64,000 bases of DNA, taken from NCBI RefSeq assembly GCF_009834535.1, contig NC_045707.1, forward strand, positions 62,126,001-62,190,000, given 5' to 3'. This DNA comes from Camelus ferus (lineage: Eukaryota). Shown here piece by piece: positions 25,675 through 39,300 of this stretch (position 1 is its first letter; every line of letters starts with the position of its first letter). The position numbers and the translations under genes were made by a program. Under the pieces are notes generated by a model that saw only the letters and a program-made list of their open reading frames with translations, ran no database searches and was not told the origin of the DNA.

Positions 25675-27439
25675 ACGCAGACGACCATTTCCTTTTGGGC
25701 TGGAAGAACATCATGGTGAATTATCCCATCTTTATATTTTTTAATATAAGTTGTATTTCTCAGTCTTTCAAAATTGGCTCTTAACATTTCAAGTGGAACT
25801 TTGGAAATTCTAGAAAAACCTTTACTCTCTCACCAAAGTCCAGTTTTTACAAATCAAAAGCGCTTTGTCTTTCAGACCAGTGGTTTTCTCTTTTTTCCTT
25901 ACTATATTTTGGATCTGTTTCCAACTAAGATTAATGAAATGAAATACCAGGAGGAAGAACAAGATTTTATTTCTATCAAATGTACCTATTCATTTGGAAA
26001 AACAAACAAACAAACAAAAAATCCATCTGCATGTATTTGAAAAGTATTCAGCGTTTAAATATTCTCTGTTTTAGCCTTCTGATTGCTACATATGACTTAA
26101 TCACATAATAGTCTTTCAAACTCTGGAGGTATCATACTGTTTTGCAATTATGTTCTGTTAAATAACGCTTAGGCAGATTACAAGTACTTAGCTAAGTTAA
26201 TATGAGCAACCGTTTACAATCTGTTATATTTTGCTTATGGTAATTTTTAAGAGATTATGTTAGATGCACAAATAAGCTAGCTGAACCTGCTAAATGAAAG
26301 TGCATGCACTTAATCCTTTCCTTCTTACATTTAAATTAGACCATAAGAATTGCTCTTTTTATAGCATGTCCCTAAGAGTCAAAATAAACACCTGGCCCAT
26401 TGAAGGGAGTATCACACACAAATGCATACATGCAGATACACACACATATATAGTCACACATTTTGATAAACTGTGATGAGATAAAAACCAGATATAGCAC
26501 ATATATACCCAAGAGCTTGCTAATGTAATTTATGTGAATAAAACATCATTCAAACTTTCAATTTTCCTGGCTTCAAGTAGACTACACAATGCACTTGTTC
26601 TAAATTTTTAATCACCCTTTGTTTCAAGTAGCCTCAAATTTAACTGTGATTTAATTATAGAGTCTCTGTTTTGATTACTGGGATTTAGGGATGAAAATTT
26701 TGTTGCTAGTTTGTTTGTGTATTTGTCTGATTGGCTGGTTGTTTTTCAGACAGACTCACTATATTGTATGGATCCATGGGTACTCTCGATCAGCACTAGC
26801 TGTGTTTGTGTGACATTTACACCCATATGGTATAAAAACGTTGTTAATATACTTTAATATTTGTTACAGACTCTGCTAGTGGAGAATAAGGCTGAAAAGG
26901 CCAGTATTTGTTCTGAGGCAGGCAATTATGAAAGCTGCCCTCTGCTTAGCAGGTGAGGTTGCTGCTCTCATGGCATGCCTTTGTATTTGAAGCACGACCT
27001 CTTGTCTATTAATCTCTGTAATACAGATCTGCAGAGACTTTTCCCCCCCCCAAAATGGTATCAACTCATCTCTAATTCCTCCCTGCCAGCTGCCTGTTCC
27101 TATTTCTGTTTATTTCAAGCAATCAACAACTCTTTTCCACTTCTACAGGCTGAGTTTCTGTGGTCCGGTCTTTCTTTTGGCTGGAAAATATATTGGCTTC
27201 ATTTGAGAGCAGGTCTAGTAAGCATGGCTATAATACCACTGATGCATTTTGGTCCAGGATCTTGATAATTTCAGCTCCATTTTGCTAATTGAAGACAACA
27301 TTAACACAGTGCTTGCCAATAAATCCTGTCCAAATACTGAACAAAGGGAGTGATAATGTTCAAGGATTCTCTAAGCTCTGAGCATGCATTATTATTCTTA
27401 GAGTCTGTGTTAATCTTCATTGCCTCCATGGGTGCCATT

Positions 27440-28000
27440 TATACTGGAGATCTATTATTTTGCCCACCCAATAACAATTTCCCTTTCATTTGGTAAAAGC
27501 ACTTTGCCTTTCTTTTTGGAAGATATTAATCAACGTGATTTGAGGGGAGCTGATTCAACCTCAACTTTGGCAATACATGTGACCATTTAGGCCATTTAGG
27601 GCATTTCAATCTCCTCACTAAACTCATTACCTCAGCTGGACCAGTGAGATCCTGACATGTGGCTTTTACTGTCAATAGGGAAAGGAAGGGTTTCTGTTTG
27701 TTTGTTTGTTTGTTTTTATGTCTAAACTGATACAGTATCGTTTTGGTGACACTAGTTATCATTTGGCACTACTTGTGGTTGAGGATAGCTGTCTAAAAAC
27801 AAAATTGATAAAGACAAAAGCAAAGCAGTGGTGAAGAGTTACTTTTAGAGAGCTCCCTTGAATAGCTCATTTGAACACCTATAACAAACCACGCCTAAAG
27901 CTGTTTCTACTTAGTCTTCTCTGTTATACCAAACACTCCATTTTTGCTTGCACCAATTTGAACTGGGTTTCTGTCACCCACAACTAAACTGTATTGTAAA
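27440..28000 (+). mobile_element. Old MaLR LTR (MLT1J/K-like)
   Basis: 3' part 'ccaatttgaactgggtttctgtcacccacaac' is a typical MLT1 end. Internal 'catgtgacc' and 'gaccagtgaga'. Confidence 0.55.
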
Positions 28001-30492
28001 GTACGTTGATTAAAACAATATCCCTAGTTCCAAACACTGGTGTTAGTTAAATAAAAACAACAAAAGTATGATATAATCATAGACTTTAGCATAAAGCCAA
28101 TGGTTTATCCTATGATAAACTAGTAAATACTGTATTTTACTGGCACTAATACCTAACATTTCACCTGCTGCTAAGAAGCCGTTTGATGTGATGTGCATAT
28201 GCATTCAAATATGAGAGGTGCTTGTTCTTTCTTATCTTTCTTTTCATTTTTGGTTATCTTCTCAGTTTATCTAAGTACCGTATAGCTACTTTGGTTTCAT
28301 GGTATTTAGTGATCTTCCCTCTTTAATTTAGCCAATTTTGTTTAACAGGAAGCTGGTGTATAAATATAACACAGTGTAGTGGAGACAGTATGAGCTACGG
28401 TAGTAACAGAGCCCAATGACAGCTCTAGGTCAGGAGAGAGTTGCAGCCAAGTGTAGTATTTGCCCAGCAAGACCTTGGTTTCCAGGATGATTGTCATTTC
28501 ATTGTATTACACTGAGCCTTTAAACAATCCATAATTTATTGCATGTCTTCTTGAATGTGTACTTTCAGGGCAGAGTCAGCAGTGTAGAGACTTTCCCAAA
28601 TAACTTTATCAAGGTCTTCAGTGTATACCTGCGAACCCCGGGAGTAGAAGAGTTTCCCTCATTGTCCAAAGTCTGGGTCCCAGGCTTTTTGTTCTATAAT
28701 TGATCAGTGTGGAATAAGACCTAGAGTTACTTTTACCTCCATGCCTCTGGCCTCATTAACGCACACAGGGACTGATAACTTTTTGCCAACTGGAGTATTT
28801 TCCCAATGTGTGGAGATAGTTTTTAAGATCTCAGAGTCCTCTGAATTGTGATAAAGACACTATTCTAACCCTGGCTCTTGTGCTTCCTATCTGGAAGTCC
28901 TTTGGACTTAGATTCCTCCCTTGTAAACTAGGATTTTTTTTTTTAAAGGATAATCTTAATAGGCTATTTTATTGGGTGGTAGTTACTTATTACTAAATTA
29001 GATAGTCTTGATTAGTCCACAAAATGTGATTTATTAGTATCAATGTGAGTATTATAGTCCTATGTAAAACTAATCATCTAAAATGAGTCCAATTCTCAGG
29101 CAAATTATTTTTTTAGTAATAATTTCTAAGACATGTGATTCATTCAAAAAGATGCTCTCTGACTCATACGGGCTATGTCATGAAATTATTTGCCTGGGGT
29201 TACGGCTTGATTTATATGTTCTACCTGACCTCTCCCACTCTTTTTCCTGTGTGAACACATCATAAGTATATCATCGGCCATCTGTTTCTACTTGCATTCA
29301 GCGCCCAGAGTGTGCACAAACATGAAACGTTTCCCACGAGGGAAGAGAAACACAGACCCTTGAGACAAATGACTTCTCCCAGAGCAAAGGAAAGATGCTC
29401 TTCTCTGGAATTCAACGTAGTCATGGAATCAGAGCACACAAGAAGTGATCTATCAGTATAGCCTCAAGGTCACAATTTTCAATTCAGAGAATCACCCAAG
29501 AGAGGGTTTCAGAATTAGTAAGTGCTTCTGGGACTGCAGCAGAAAGCAGTGCAGGAGGAAACACCATTTATAAAAGTAAAGCAGCTACAGTGAATACTAA
29601 TTTTTTTCCCTCCTTTCTGGGCAAGTGACAGAATAGGCTTTCCTACAAAATGAGAACTGACAGTAATTATGACTTATTGGAGGTGTTTCAAATCATTATC
29701 GTTGGTGAGGATAAACAAACAGGGTTATCCAGGACAGGAGGGACAGTTAAACAAAACATAAAGACTAAAAGAACGTGAAAGAAAGAGACTCAAGACGATA
29801 GAATTACTTTCTTAAAATAAAGAAAAAATGGAAGGAGGAGAAAAATTAGGAGGTTGCATGAAATAAAGGTTTAAAATTTAAGTATTCAGGAGTTTGAAGG
29901 ATTAAACTTAAGTTTAATAAAATATATTTAAGTACTCTCACTAGAACAAACATTTCTATTTTATTTGAAACATGTTTATAAATAAATAATATTAAAGCTG
30001 ATATTAATATTATTAATGATATATTACTTTTACATTTTTCATAAACTCTTAATACCATGTTTTTAGATAGTCCCAGAGAGAATAAGAGGCTTGTCAAGAC
30101 AATAAGGCAAATTGGGACAAAAATTTATATTTTCTAAATGCTCAGCCAAATAATCTACCATCATATTACATCGTCTCAAATAGGTTTTTCCAAATTCTGT
30201 AAACATGTAACACAGAGACTACCATCTCAGTCGGCCTTACTAATATGTATAATTCCATCAATTTCCTAAATTCAGGGTATATTCTATGTAAACCAACTAG
30301 TTATTATATTGGTTATTACTTGTTTCCTTCAGGAAAAACTGATACTGAATGTGTTCTAGTAATAGTTTCTTGTTACCCTTAGCAATACAAAAATTTATAA
30401 AATTGGAAACGACATGGCTCAATTTATAGTAAGAGTGTGATATATCTGAGAGACTGCAATTCTGTTTCATTCAGTAAAAATAGTCATCTGTG

Positions 30493-31602
30493 CAAAGGAA
30501 ACAACAAACAAAATGAAAAAAACAACCTACAGAATGGAAGAAAATATTCGTAAATGAGGCAACTGACAAGGGCTTAATTTCAAGAATATACAAACAGCTC
30601 ACACAACTCGATAACCAAAAACCAAACAACCCAATCAAAAAATGGGCAGAAGACCTAAACAGACATTTCTCCAGTGAAGACATACAGATGGCCAATAGGC
30701 ACATGAAAAGATGCTCAATATTGCTTATTATTAGAAAAATGCAAATCAAAACTACAATGAGGTATCCACCTCATACCAGTCAGAATGGCCATCATTAAAA
30801 AGTTCATGAGTAACAAATGGTGGAGAGGGAGTGAAGAAAAGGGAACCCTCCTATGCTATTGGTGAGAATGTAATTTTTCAATCACTAAGGAAAACAGTAT
30901 TGAAATTCCTTAAAAAACCAAAAAACCAAAAACAAAAAGCAACTGAAAATAGACTTACCATATGATCCAGCAATCCCACTCCTGAGCATATATCTGGAGA
31001 AAACTGTAATTTGGAAACATATGTGCACCCCAATGTTCATAGGAGCACTATTTACAATAGTCAACACATGAAAACAACCTAACTGTCCATCAATAAATGA
31101 CTGGATAAAGATGTTGTATATTTATACAATGGAATACTATTCGGCCATAAAAAAGAATGAAATAATGCCATTTGCAGCAACATGGATGAACCTAAAGATT
31201 ATTATACTAAATGATGTAAATCCAACAGAGAAAGACAAATATCATATGATATCACTTATATGTGAAATCTAAAAAACCAAAATGACACAAATGAACTTAT
31301 TTACAAAACAGAAATAGACTCATAGACATAGAAAACAAGCTTATGGTTACCAAAGGGGAAAGTCGCGGCAGGGATAGATTAGGAGTTTGGAATTTGCAGA
31401 TACTAACTACTGTATATAAAATAGATAAGCAACAAGGATCTACTGTATAGCACAGGGAACTATAGTCAATATCTTGTCAAAACCACTAATGGAAAAGAAT
31501 GTAACAAGGAATATATATACACATATATGTATAACTGTACACCAGACACCAACACAATATTGTAAATCAATTATACTTTAATAAAACAACAACAACAACA
31601 AC
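30493..31602 (+). mobile_element. 5'-truncated cetartiodactyl-type L1 (ORF2 C-terminus plus 3' UTR), with degenerate TSD
   Basis: ORF2 C-terminal DNA 'aatgggcagaagacctaaacagacatttctcc' and 'tatgatccagcaatcccactcctg'. 3' UTR 'ctactgtatagcacagggaactata', then a (CAA)n tail. TSD aaaaatagtcatctgtg (30476-30492) vs aataacagtcagctgtg (31603-31619), 14/17 identical. Confidence 0.95.
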
Positions 31603-32004
31603 AATAACAGTCAGCTGTGGATCTTTTGTTTGATAAGTTTCACTGCATCTTAAGTGCAAAGCAAGAGTTGGCATGTTGCTTTGAGGTTAAGACTCTGGAA
31701 AAATGTCACGAGTGTGACCAAGTGGAAAGCTCTGAGGACAAAAATTGAAATTAATCTACAAGATTGGGGACATTTAGGGAATTTAACATTTTATACACAA
31801 AACTATTCAAACAGCTAACCCCATGCTAGTTGAAATTATCAACTCATTACAATTGCTACTTTGCCATGAAAGTGGCTAACTTAAAAGAAAAAAAAAACTC
31901 CATTAAGATTATAGACAGAATTTTATTGTCTGGCTAAGTGGTATTTTAATTTTCCTCTTCTTTTCCAATTGTTCAACTTAGAGGATTTAGAATATAATTA
32001 TCCT

Positions 32005-32385
32005 TCATTGTTGTGACACTGAGCTTTACAGTTTATCAACAAATACACTAAAATAATGTTCTCCATAATTACTTCGTATGTATCTTAACTTCTTATTAGC
32101 TTGTATTTTTCTGCTGTATATTCTTCTCCTTCAAATGCATTATTGTACTATTCTTTCCATTAAAACTCATCTCTTTCTCATCTGAATCATTTCCCCAGAT
32201 GTCCAGATCCATCTGTATTTTTGATCAAGCTGATTTATTATCTCTAGTTTCTAGTATTTTATTATTACAGATTTGGATGTGCACTCGTTTACATTTTCCA
32301 CTGACTGCTTAATGAATATGTTGAATAGTACCAATGTGCATTCTGATCTCCGGGGACCTTCCTTGAAACTTCTGTCTTCCAATGA
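32005..32385 (-). mobile_element. CR1/L3 LINE reverse-transcriptase fossil
   Basis: Minus-strand translation, with frameshifts: LVLFNIFIKQSVENVNECTSK, KIQMDLDIWGNDSDEKEMSFNGKNSTIMHL, FSVFVDKL*SSVSQQ. These resemble, in order, the CR1 RT motifs PVLFNIFINDL..ECTLSKFADD, IQ.DLD.L..W....M.FN..KCK..HLG and LGV.VD.KL.MSQQC. Confidence 0.7.
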
Positions 32386-33678
32386 GGCATAAAATAATTG
32401 AAGTTTTCTATTTGCTGGGCTAATCTGTCTATTCTTATTGTGCCATTATTTGTACGCAATAAAATCTTAAGTACTGAAACCCCTCATTTAACTAGATTTT
32501 TTTTTTCAACTCTCAGCTGTTAGAAAAAAAGGAGGAATTAATGGTATAACAGTAGCTCGCAGGTATTGAGTTTAAAAACGACTGCTTTGCAGAGTCCTGG
32601 CTCAGTCTTGGTTAAACTTATCCTCCTCCATCTTTCGTGGCTATAATGACAAGGTTTTAAACGGTAGAATTTGGCAACCCCAATATCCCTGGGCACTCTA
32701 TTAGGAAAATATGCCCCAGACCCTACAGTAAACTGAAGGAAATTGGACCTATTGGCTTCATGGGGAGGATGCTCTCTGGGTAAAATTCCATCCTCCACCT
32801 CTAGGCATATACCCATGTATCCCCGGAGGAAATAATCAGTAACTCTTTCAAGAAAAAACAAAGAATTACGGAGGCCTAGATCGCAGTCTCTTCATGATCC
32901 AATAAGGTGAACTTGCTCGTTTAACTTAAAATAAATTGACTCATCTCTGGTTCCTAAATCACAGGTTTTGAATAAAAAAATTTTCCCACACATTTCCGTG
33001 GAAATACAATACATCTGGGCACATAGTCTCTTCTGTCTTACCTTTTGAACAGTTCTACCCAAATCAACTCCATAGCAGTGTGGGTGTGTATATCCTAATG
33101 CTATATTTAATTCAGAGCAGAGAACTGAACAGCTCAAAGTGAGTCTGACATTTATCACGGTCGGTCAAGCTCAGCATTACACTCCCGTCTGCCCGTCAGA
33201 GCAATCACTCCTGTGTCCACCTCTGCTACAGCGACTGTGGATCCCTATGCACCACTTTACTTCTCTAAGAAAATACTAAGACAGCGCCCCAGATTTGCAG
33301 CCCCTGATCTTGGTCCTATATCTTTGCTGCCTATTTCCAACAAACTTTAAATCCTAGCTCTAATCAAGAAACTTGATCAGATTCCCTGGTTCATAAATCA
33401 CAGGTTTTAAAATCAAAGAGACTTTATTAAGCAGGACTTGTTTGGAATGAGCATATAATCAGTCCATGGTAAAGTGAATATATATCTAAAATCCCAAATC
33501 AAACATTAAATGTGGTTTGCATTTCAATAAGTATAAATGAGGTAGTCGCGATGCTAAAGGAAGCATCTTCTAAATGGAGAAAATATCATGAAAAATAAAA
33601 CAGAAAAAGATCTAATACACGTTGGCTAATTTGTATGAAATTAAAACTCAGAATAAGAAGGGGAGATGTTAAAAGAAA

Positions 33679-33830
33679 GGGAGGAGGGTATAGCTCAGTG
33701 GTAGAGCATCTGCCCAGCAAGCACAGGGTCCTGGGTTCAATGCCCAGTACCCCCATTAAAAATAAGTCAATAAATAAAAACTCAATTACCTACCTCCCAA
33801 AATTAAAAAAAAAATAGCATAAAAAATAGT
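33679..33830 (+). mobile_element. Camelid tRNA-derived SINE (Vic-1-like), more diverged copy
   Basis: 'gggtatagctcagtggtagagcat...gtcctgggttcaatgcccagtacc' and tail 'aaactcaattacctacctccc' plus A-rich end. Confidence 0.88.
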
Positions 33831-36274
33831 TAAAATTTCTGTTCGAGCATGCAAATTCTACTATATGGGTGATTTGGGTTAAATTATATAACAAAACCAG
33901 TGCCTGTTATGTCATTTTAAAAATGGCAATTTCAAATCCTGAATTGTTCTAGGGGTTTAAAAACAAAAATAGATAAATCACATATCAAAGTGGCTTGTTC
34001 ATAATAGGTAAGTGCCCATAAAATGTTAGCTGCAAACCCCTTCTGTCCCAGGGCAGCCCTTAGTGACTATTTCTCCAACTATTTAAACAAATTGCAGCAT
34101 ACTATGAGGAGGGCATGATGGAGACGAAGTGACACAGATTAGGAAGAACTAGGAACACAGTGTTTAAGTCTAAAATCTCCAGAGAGGAGATCTACAGTGT
34201 GCTAATTCATTGGATCAGCGAACCTATTAATGTAGCAGAAACGTGACAACAGTTATCTTATTAATACCGTTACACCGGGCATGGTGTAACACTAGGCTAA
34301 TATAGATTGCTGCTGGGTTACGTTACATTTATTTACTTAGGAAGAAGCTCTTTTAAATTATTTGTAGTTAAAGTTCTTTGAAATGTTAATGGCTCTTAAA
34401 ATTGTCATAGACCAAACAATAGAAGGTTGCTTGGGGTTGAGGAGATATGGTTATTATTTCTGGTGCCATGACTGGACAACCATTGCCCTTCCATTTTTAA
34501 ATCAACAGGGTATTTAAGAACCATTTGAGAAAAAACAATATGGTTTCTCATTGTTGCCCAAAGAAAAGCCTTGAAATCCTGTGGGAAGCTCAATAGAGTG
34601 ACAAAATCTAGTATGCTGAATGGAAATAGGTGACACGAAAAAATATTTTGGAGACACAAGTAGCAAATTCTCTATAAAGGAATTGTGCATCATAGTGTCA
34701 CTAATATTCTTGATATCACCACAGGGCAAACTATTAGGTAAAATACAGAGAATGACGATTCTGTGATTCAAAAGAGTCAGACTCTGAATGGAAGGTTTTA
34801 GGAATAACTCAGTCAAATTGTTTCTCCTATATTTTCCTTTTAATGTATATACAAGAGTGATATAGGAAACAAAAGTCTAAACTGAGTCTGAAAGATATAT
34901 TTCCCTAAGTATAAAATAAACAAAAATGTATTGAGTCAGCTTTTAATTGGCAGTGTTTTCTTATTGTTCTCTCATAATGGTAATTTCCATAACAGTGTGT
35001 CATACAACTGACTGTGTTTTGGATTTAATGAAATACAGTAGAGATGCTCAGATGCTGGAAGATAGTGACCTAGAATGTGTCCTAAGATGAGCATTTTTAT
35101 AAATATGTTGAAGTTTCCGTTGCACTTCCTCACTGAGTAGGAATAGCGGTCAACAGAAACACCACTGCGGATGCCACACAAAGTTACGAGTTTTGCGTTT
35201 TCAGACATGATAGCATAGAAGAGTAAACAGAGATTACGTTCTTAAACAATTAAGAGGAAATGTAAAGGGACTCTCTGCTTAAAACAAACGAAGAACAATT
35301 GTGGGATTATACAAGATTCATTCTCCTATGACATTTTATGGCCATGTCCCACAAAGTGCTCTATTCTCTGGAAAGCATGACTGGCTTAGCTAGATCATAT
35401 TTGTGGAAATAAAAATACGTAAGGGTGCCCTCTTCATAGTCTGGGGAAGTGCAAAGTTATCTCAGAGGCGAGAATTTTTTATTCTAAAAAGTAAAATACA
35501 GCAATCTCATTTTTCAGAGATCTTAAAGTAATATAAAATAAGTCTGCTAGGCAAAGAGAAAGCTGAAAAGAATCAGAAGAAAATGATTTACATGGCCAAG
35601 CATACAGATGAAACGAAAACACAGAGATGCTTAAGTCCAAATTTGCTCAATTGTGGCCTCCCTTTTGCACCTGCAGTGTGTGGGCACCATTCAAACGGGA
35701 CAACATCTGGCACATTGTTAAGCACAGTCATCAACTACTGCAGAAGCATTTAAGTTGTGGCTGTATTTATGGAGAAAGAGAGAAAGTGCAATTAAGAAGG
35801 TGTGAGTCTAAGATAGGTTTAAACTCACCATTTCCACATGACTCACTCTTCAGACGAGAGACTAGAGCCAAGTCTGAACAGGATCAAAGAGGGAACCCAA
35901 GGTCATGAAGCTACAAGTAGTTCGATCATGGAGTGGTGGGAAGAGAGTGGGCTTTAGAGATGATGACATGTCATTCCACATACCCTTTCTAGGGGTCGGG
36001 AGTTGAAGCAGTTACTTAAACTCTGCATCGCAAGTCTCTCAGTTGTAAAAGGAAAGTAATTGAAAGGGTGTGGGGTCATAGTGGGAATCATAGAAGAATG
36101 TTGAAAAGTAAGAGGCACCATGAATGAGTTTCCTTCCACAACCTTCTTTTTTCTTTCTTACATTTTTGCCCCTGTATTTTGTATACAATGATGATAACTT
36201 TTATGTATTTAACTTGATGAAGTGTGTGTCAGTTTGATTTAAAAATTCACCTGCTTCACACCCTGGGGACTTGA

Positions 36275-36630
36275 GAATCATTCATTCTAAACCATGTATC
36301 AGAAGCCTCTTGCGTGCAAATGAATATGCCAGGTGCCTGAATTACAACTGTGAGCACAAAGAGACAAGGACCCTTGGTTTGTTGAATGTGACAGACATTA
36401 ATAATCTGCTGAATGAATGAAACAGACATTAATCAACTGTACAAAAAAGTTAACGTTACAAACGTGATAAGCACTGTGGATAAGAGATATACCTTGTAAC
36501 AGGAGAGAGTGCCGAAGTCAAAGAAGTCAGGGAAATATTTAGGGAAATGACGGAGGAAGAGAAAACATGTAGGCAAAGGGGGGAGAAACCAAGAAAGGCT
36601 TTTTTGGCAGAAAGGAGCACTGTGAAATCA
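36275..36630 (-). mobile_element. L2 fragment
   Basis: 'atcattcattc...atatgccaggtg...gtgagcacaaagagacaaggaccct'. Confidence 0.5.
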
Positions 36631-39253
36631 AAAGAATATGCTTGGTATTAAACTGATGACATGGATGAGACACAAGATAGTTGAAAAATTTATAGAGGTC
36701 TTTATTAGACGACGTGGAAAAAATAGTAGAGTTATCCATATATGGTCAAAGCCATGAGTTATGTTCAAAATGTGTTTGAAATTTTGTAACAGTGAAAGTA
36801 TTCCTTCAAATGCAAATTGTGCCAATAATGGACATTTTGAGGGCAATCAGATTAATTTAATTCACTCTGATATCCCTTTGAATTCCAAGGCCTAAATTTG
36901 AGAGAGAGAGAGAAAATATGAACATGAGTGCGAACACTAGAATTTGGCATGACAGATGTTCACACGTACAGCCTTCCTCCCGATCACGCCTACTTTTGTC
37001 TGTACCTTGCTCAAGGGGCGTCAGAAAGAGAAAAGGAAGAGAGAAGAGTTTCACATCTAAACTAGACTGAACTATCATTTCTGAGAGAGATTATACAAAT
37101 ATAGTAGTACAGTTAGTATGTGTGTGCGTGTGTGTGCCTAAAAGAAGTATTGATGTAAGAGAAATGCAGCTGTTGAGAAGTAGTCCAAAATTCGACCTGG
37201 AGTATAGATATTTTTCAAGGTTACAAATCCTAAGGAAAGTTAAAAAAATGTGATAGTAGCTTAAAACACTGGGATGGACACCATAAATTAGACAAATGAC
37301 ACAGAGTGTTATTCAAAATCTTATTCTAAATTATTTATCAGTCTCAAGACATTCTGCTCATAGAATATATTAATGTAAGTTAAATATTCATGTTTTAATA
37401 AGAATAAGCTTCTCCGAACCACTGTCAATAATATAAACAACATCTGGAAAGGAAATCCAACTATTTAGCAAAATTAACCCTAAAAAGATGTCACTGGAAA
37501 TGAGAGTGCTTGTCAGCAACACTTCCTCCTCCATGCTCCTTCTGTTAACACTAGTTGTGGAGCTATCAAGGGCAGTGCAGATGGTAAGGACTTCATATTG
37601 TCTTAAAGCAAGAGCTGCATCTGCAGGTAAGCCTGACATACAACTAACTTCAGAACTCAGAACATCCCGGAGGAGGAAGGGAGGTGGGCTGCTCAGTGTG
37701 CAGAACCTCCAAAGGCATCACAAGTTATTTTTATTTTCATATCCCCTTTCCGTAAGAAGTCTTGAAAAACTGCCTGTTTAAAAAAAAAAAAAAATCTGAA
37801 GGGTCGCTGATGAGGAAAGGGCTGGAATTAACTGATTATTGTCAATTTAAATTTTACAGATATTTTACTTCCATATGTTTATATGATCTACACTCATTCT
37901 AATAGTTAAGCTTAACTACAACGGCAGATACTTTAGGAAAAATATAGAATTGCAATGTGTAACACAACCAAGGATAAGTCACTTATCTATTACTGGGTGT
38001 TTCAGACCATCTACATTAATCTTTTTATTCATGGAGTGTATTTAAGCCCCCACAAATTGTTGAAATGTTGCCTTTTAAAAAGACGCAAGTATCAGAATTT
38101 GACATAATTACACATCTGCTTGGTGTATTAGGGTGGTAGTCATACGTCTTGACATGATTTCAGATTTAAGGTTTATTTGGGTCAGTCTCTAGATGTGTAA
38201 CCTATAAGAGTCACATAATCTCCCATCAAACTGGTCTAATATTTTACACAGCATCACTTTACTCTCAACTTGATCTGACCCTTATGCAGTTGGGATTCCA
38301 GAGAACAGCACAGACTTCCAAAGATTATATCTTTGATATTCTCTAAGAGCGCTTCGTGCTAATATGCTGCCTAAGTTCTAAAAATTTTTCTAACACTAAT
38401 TGTGGTATGTTTGACCACCTATCACACATTTAACTGTCATAAATTAGATTTAACTTCTATTTGTTCAGTTCTCGTTTTGAAAATGTTAATATAAATATAT
38501 TTTAATGGAGACAGTAGGAAAGCAAGTGTGGAAGGAATTCAACACAAGGAGCAGACAAACAGCACATTGTAAGATTCAGCTGCAAGTAAGCCAGCCTAAA
38601 GCATTGGACCTATAAGATGTCCAACCGTGAATTTATTACCTTTCTTTCAATTGGCTACATATTTCTTTAAAAAATGATTAATTGAATGTCCTGATATACT
38701 GCCTTTATTTTAAAATTAATGATAAATTCCTATACAAAGATATACTGGGTTCCACTTTACAGAAAAAGAGAGCATTTATAACACCATAGCTTTCTACTAT
38801 TATTTTCTTCTAAATGGTGAATTATTAATGTTGCTAATTACGTTCAATCTAAAGGTTAAACGTTTCCATAATTTTATGTTTGTTAATTTTACGAACAACA
38901 CAGTTGGTGATTCTTTGAGAGCTTTCTTTAAAAAAATATTTTGTGTTTTAAGAAATGGCAAATTAATTTTACAGTTGTATTTTTCCTTTCTTTTCTTTCT
39001 TTTTTTTCCCACTAATTCACAGAAGTTGAAGTAGAAGATGCTTTTACTCAGAAAGAGATCAGGTAATTGATATACCCAAGGGTCGTGTCAGACAACTTAC
39101 ATAAGCTAACATAAACATAAGCTAAATGCTTGAAACACAAACTCAAAATTTAGTAAATGATGAGAACCATGTAGCCGTTCTCTTTATGTGAAATTGCAAC
39201 AAACAAAACACATAGAAAAGGAGGATTAAATCAATAGGTCCAAAGCACCGAAC

Positions 39254-39300
39254 ACTGCTAAGCATCTGTAATATTTTTAATATTACAGATGCTTAGCAGT
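39254..39300. repeat. Perfect 22-bp inverted repeat with 3-nt spacer
   Basis: actgctaagcatctgtaatatt (39254-39275) - ttt - aatattacagatgcttagcagt (39279-39300), exact reverse complements. Confidence 0.97.

Noticed and set aside
27149..27217. Plus-strand exon candidate after acceptor tcttttccacttctacag
   Set aside because: Donors are mediocre and the peptide (AEFLWSGLSFGWKIYW...) is unrecognised. The region may be conserved non-coding DNA, but I cannot show that from sequence alone.
37488..37589. Signal-peptide-like MLLLLTLVVELSRA followed by donor ATG|GTAAGG
   Set aside because: The internal ATG at 37533 has weak Kozak context, the hydrophobic core is short, and I see no promoter features, recognisable protein or partner exon.
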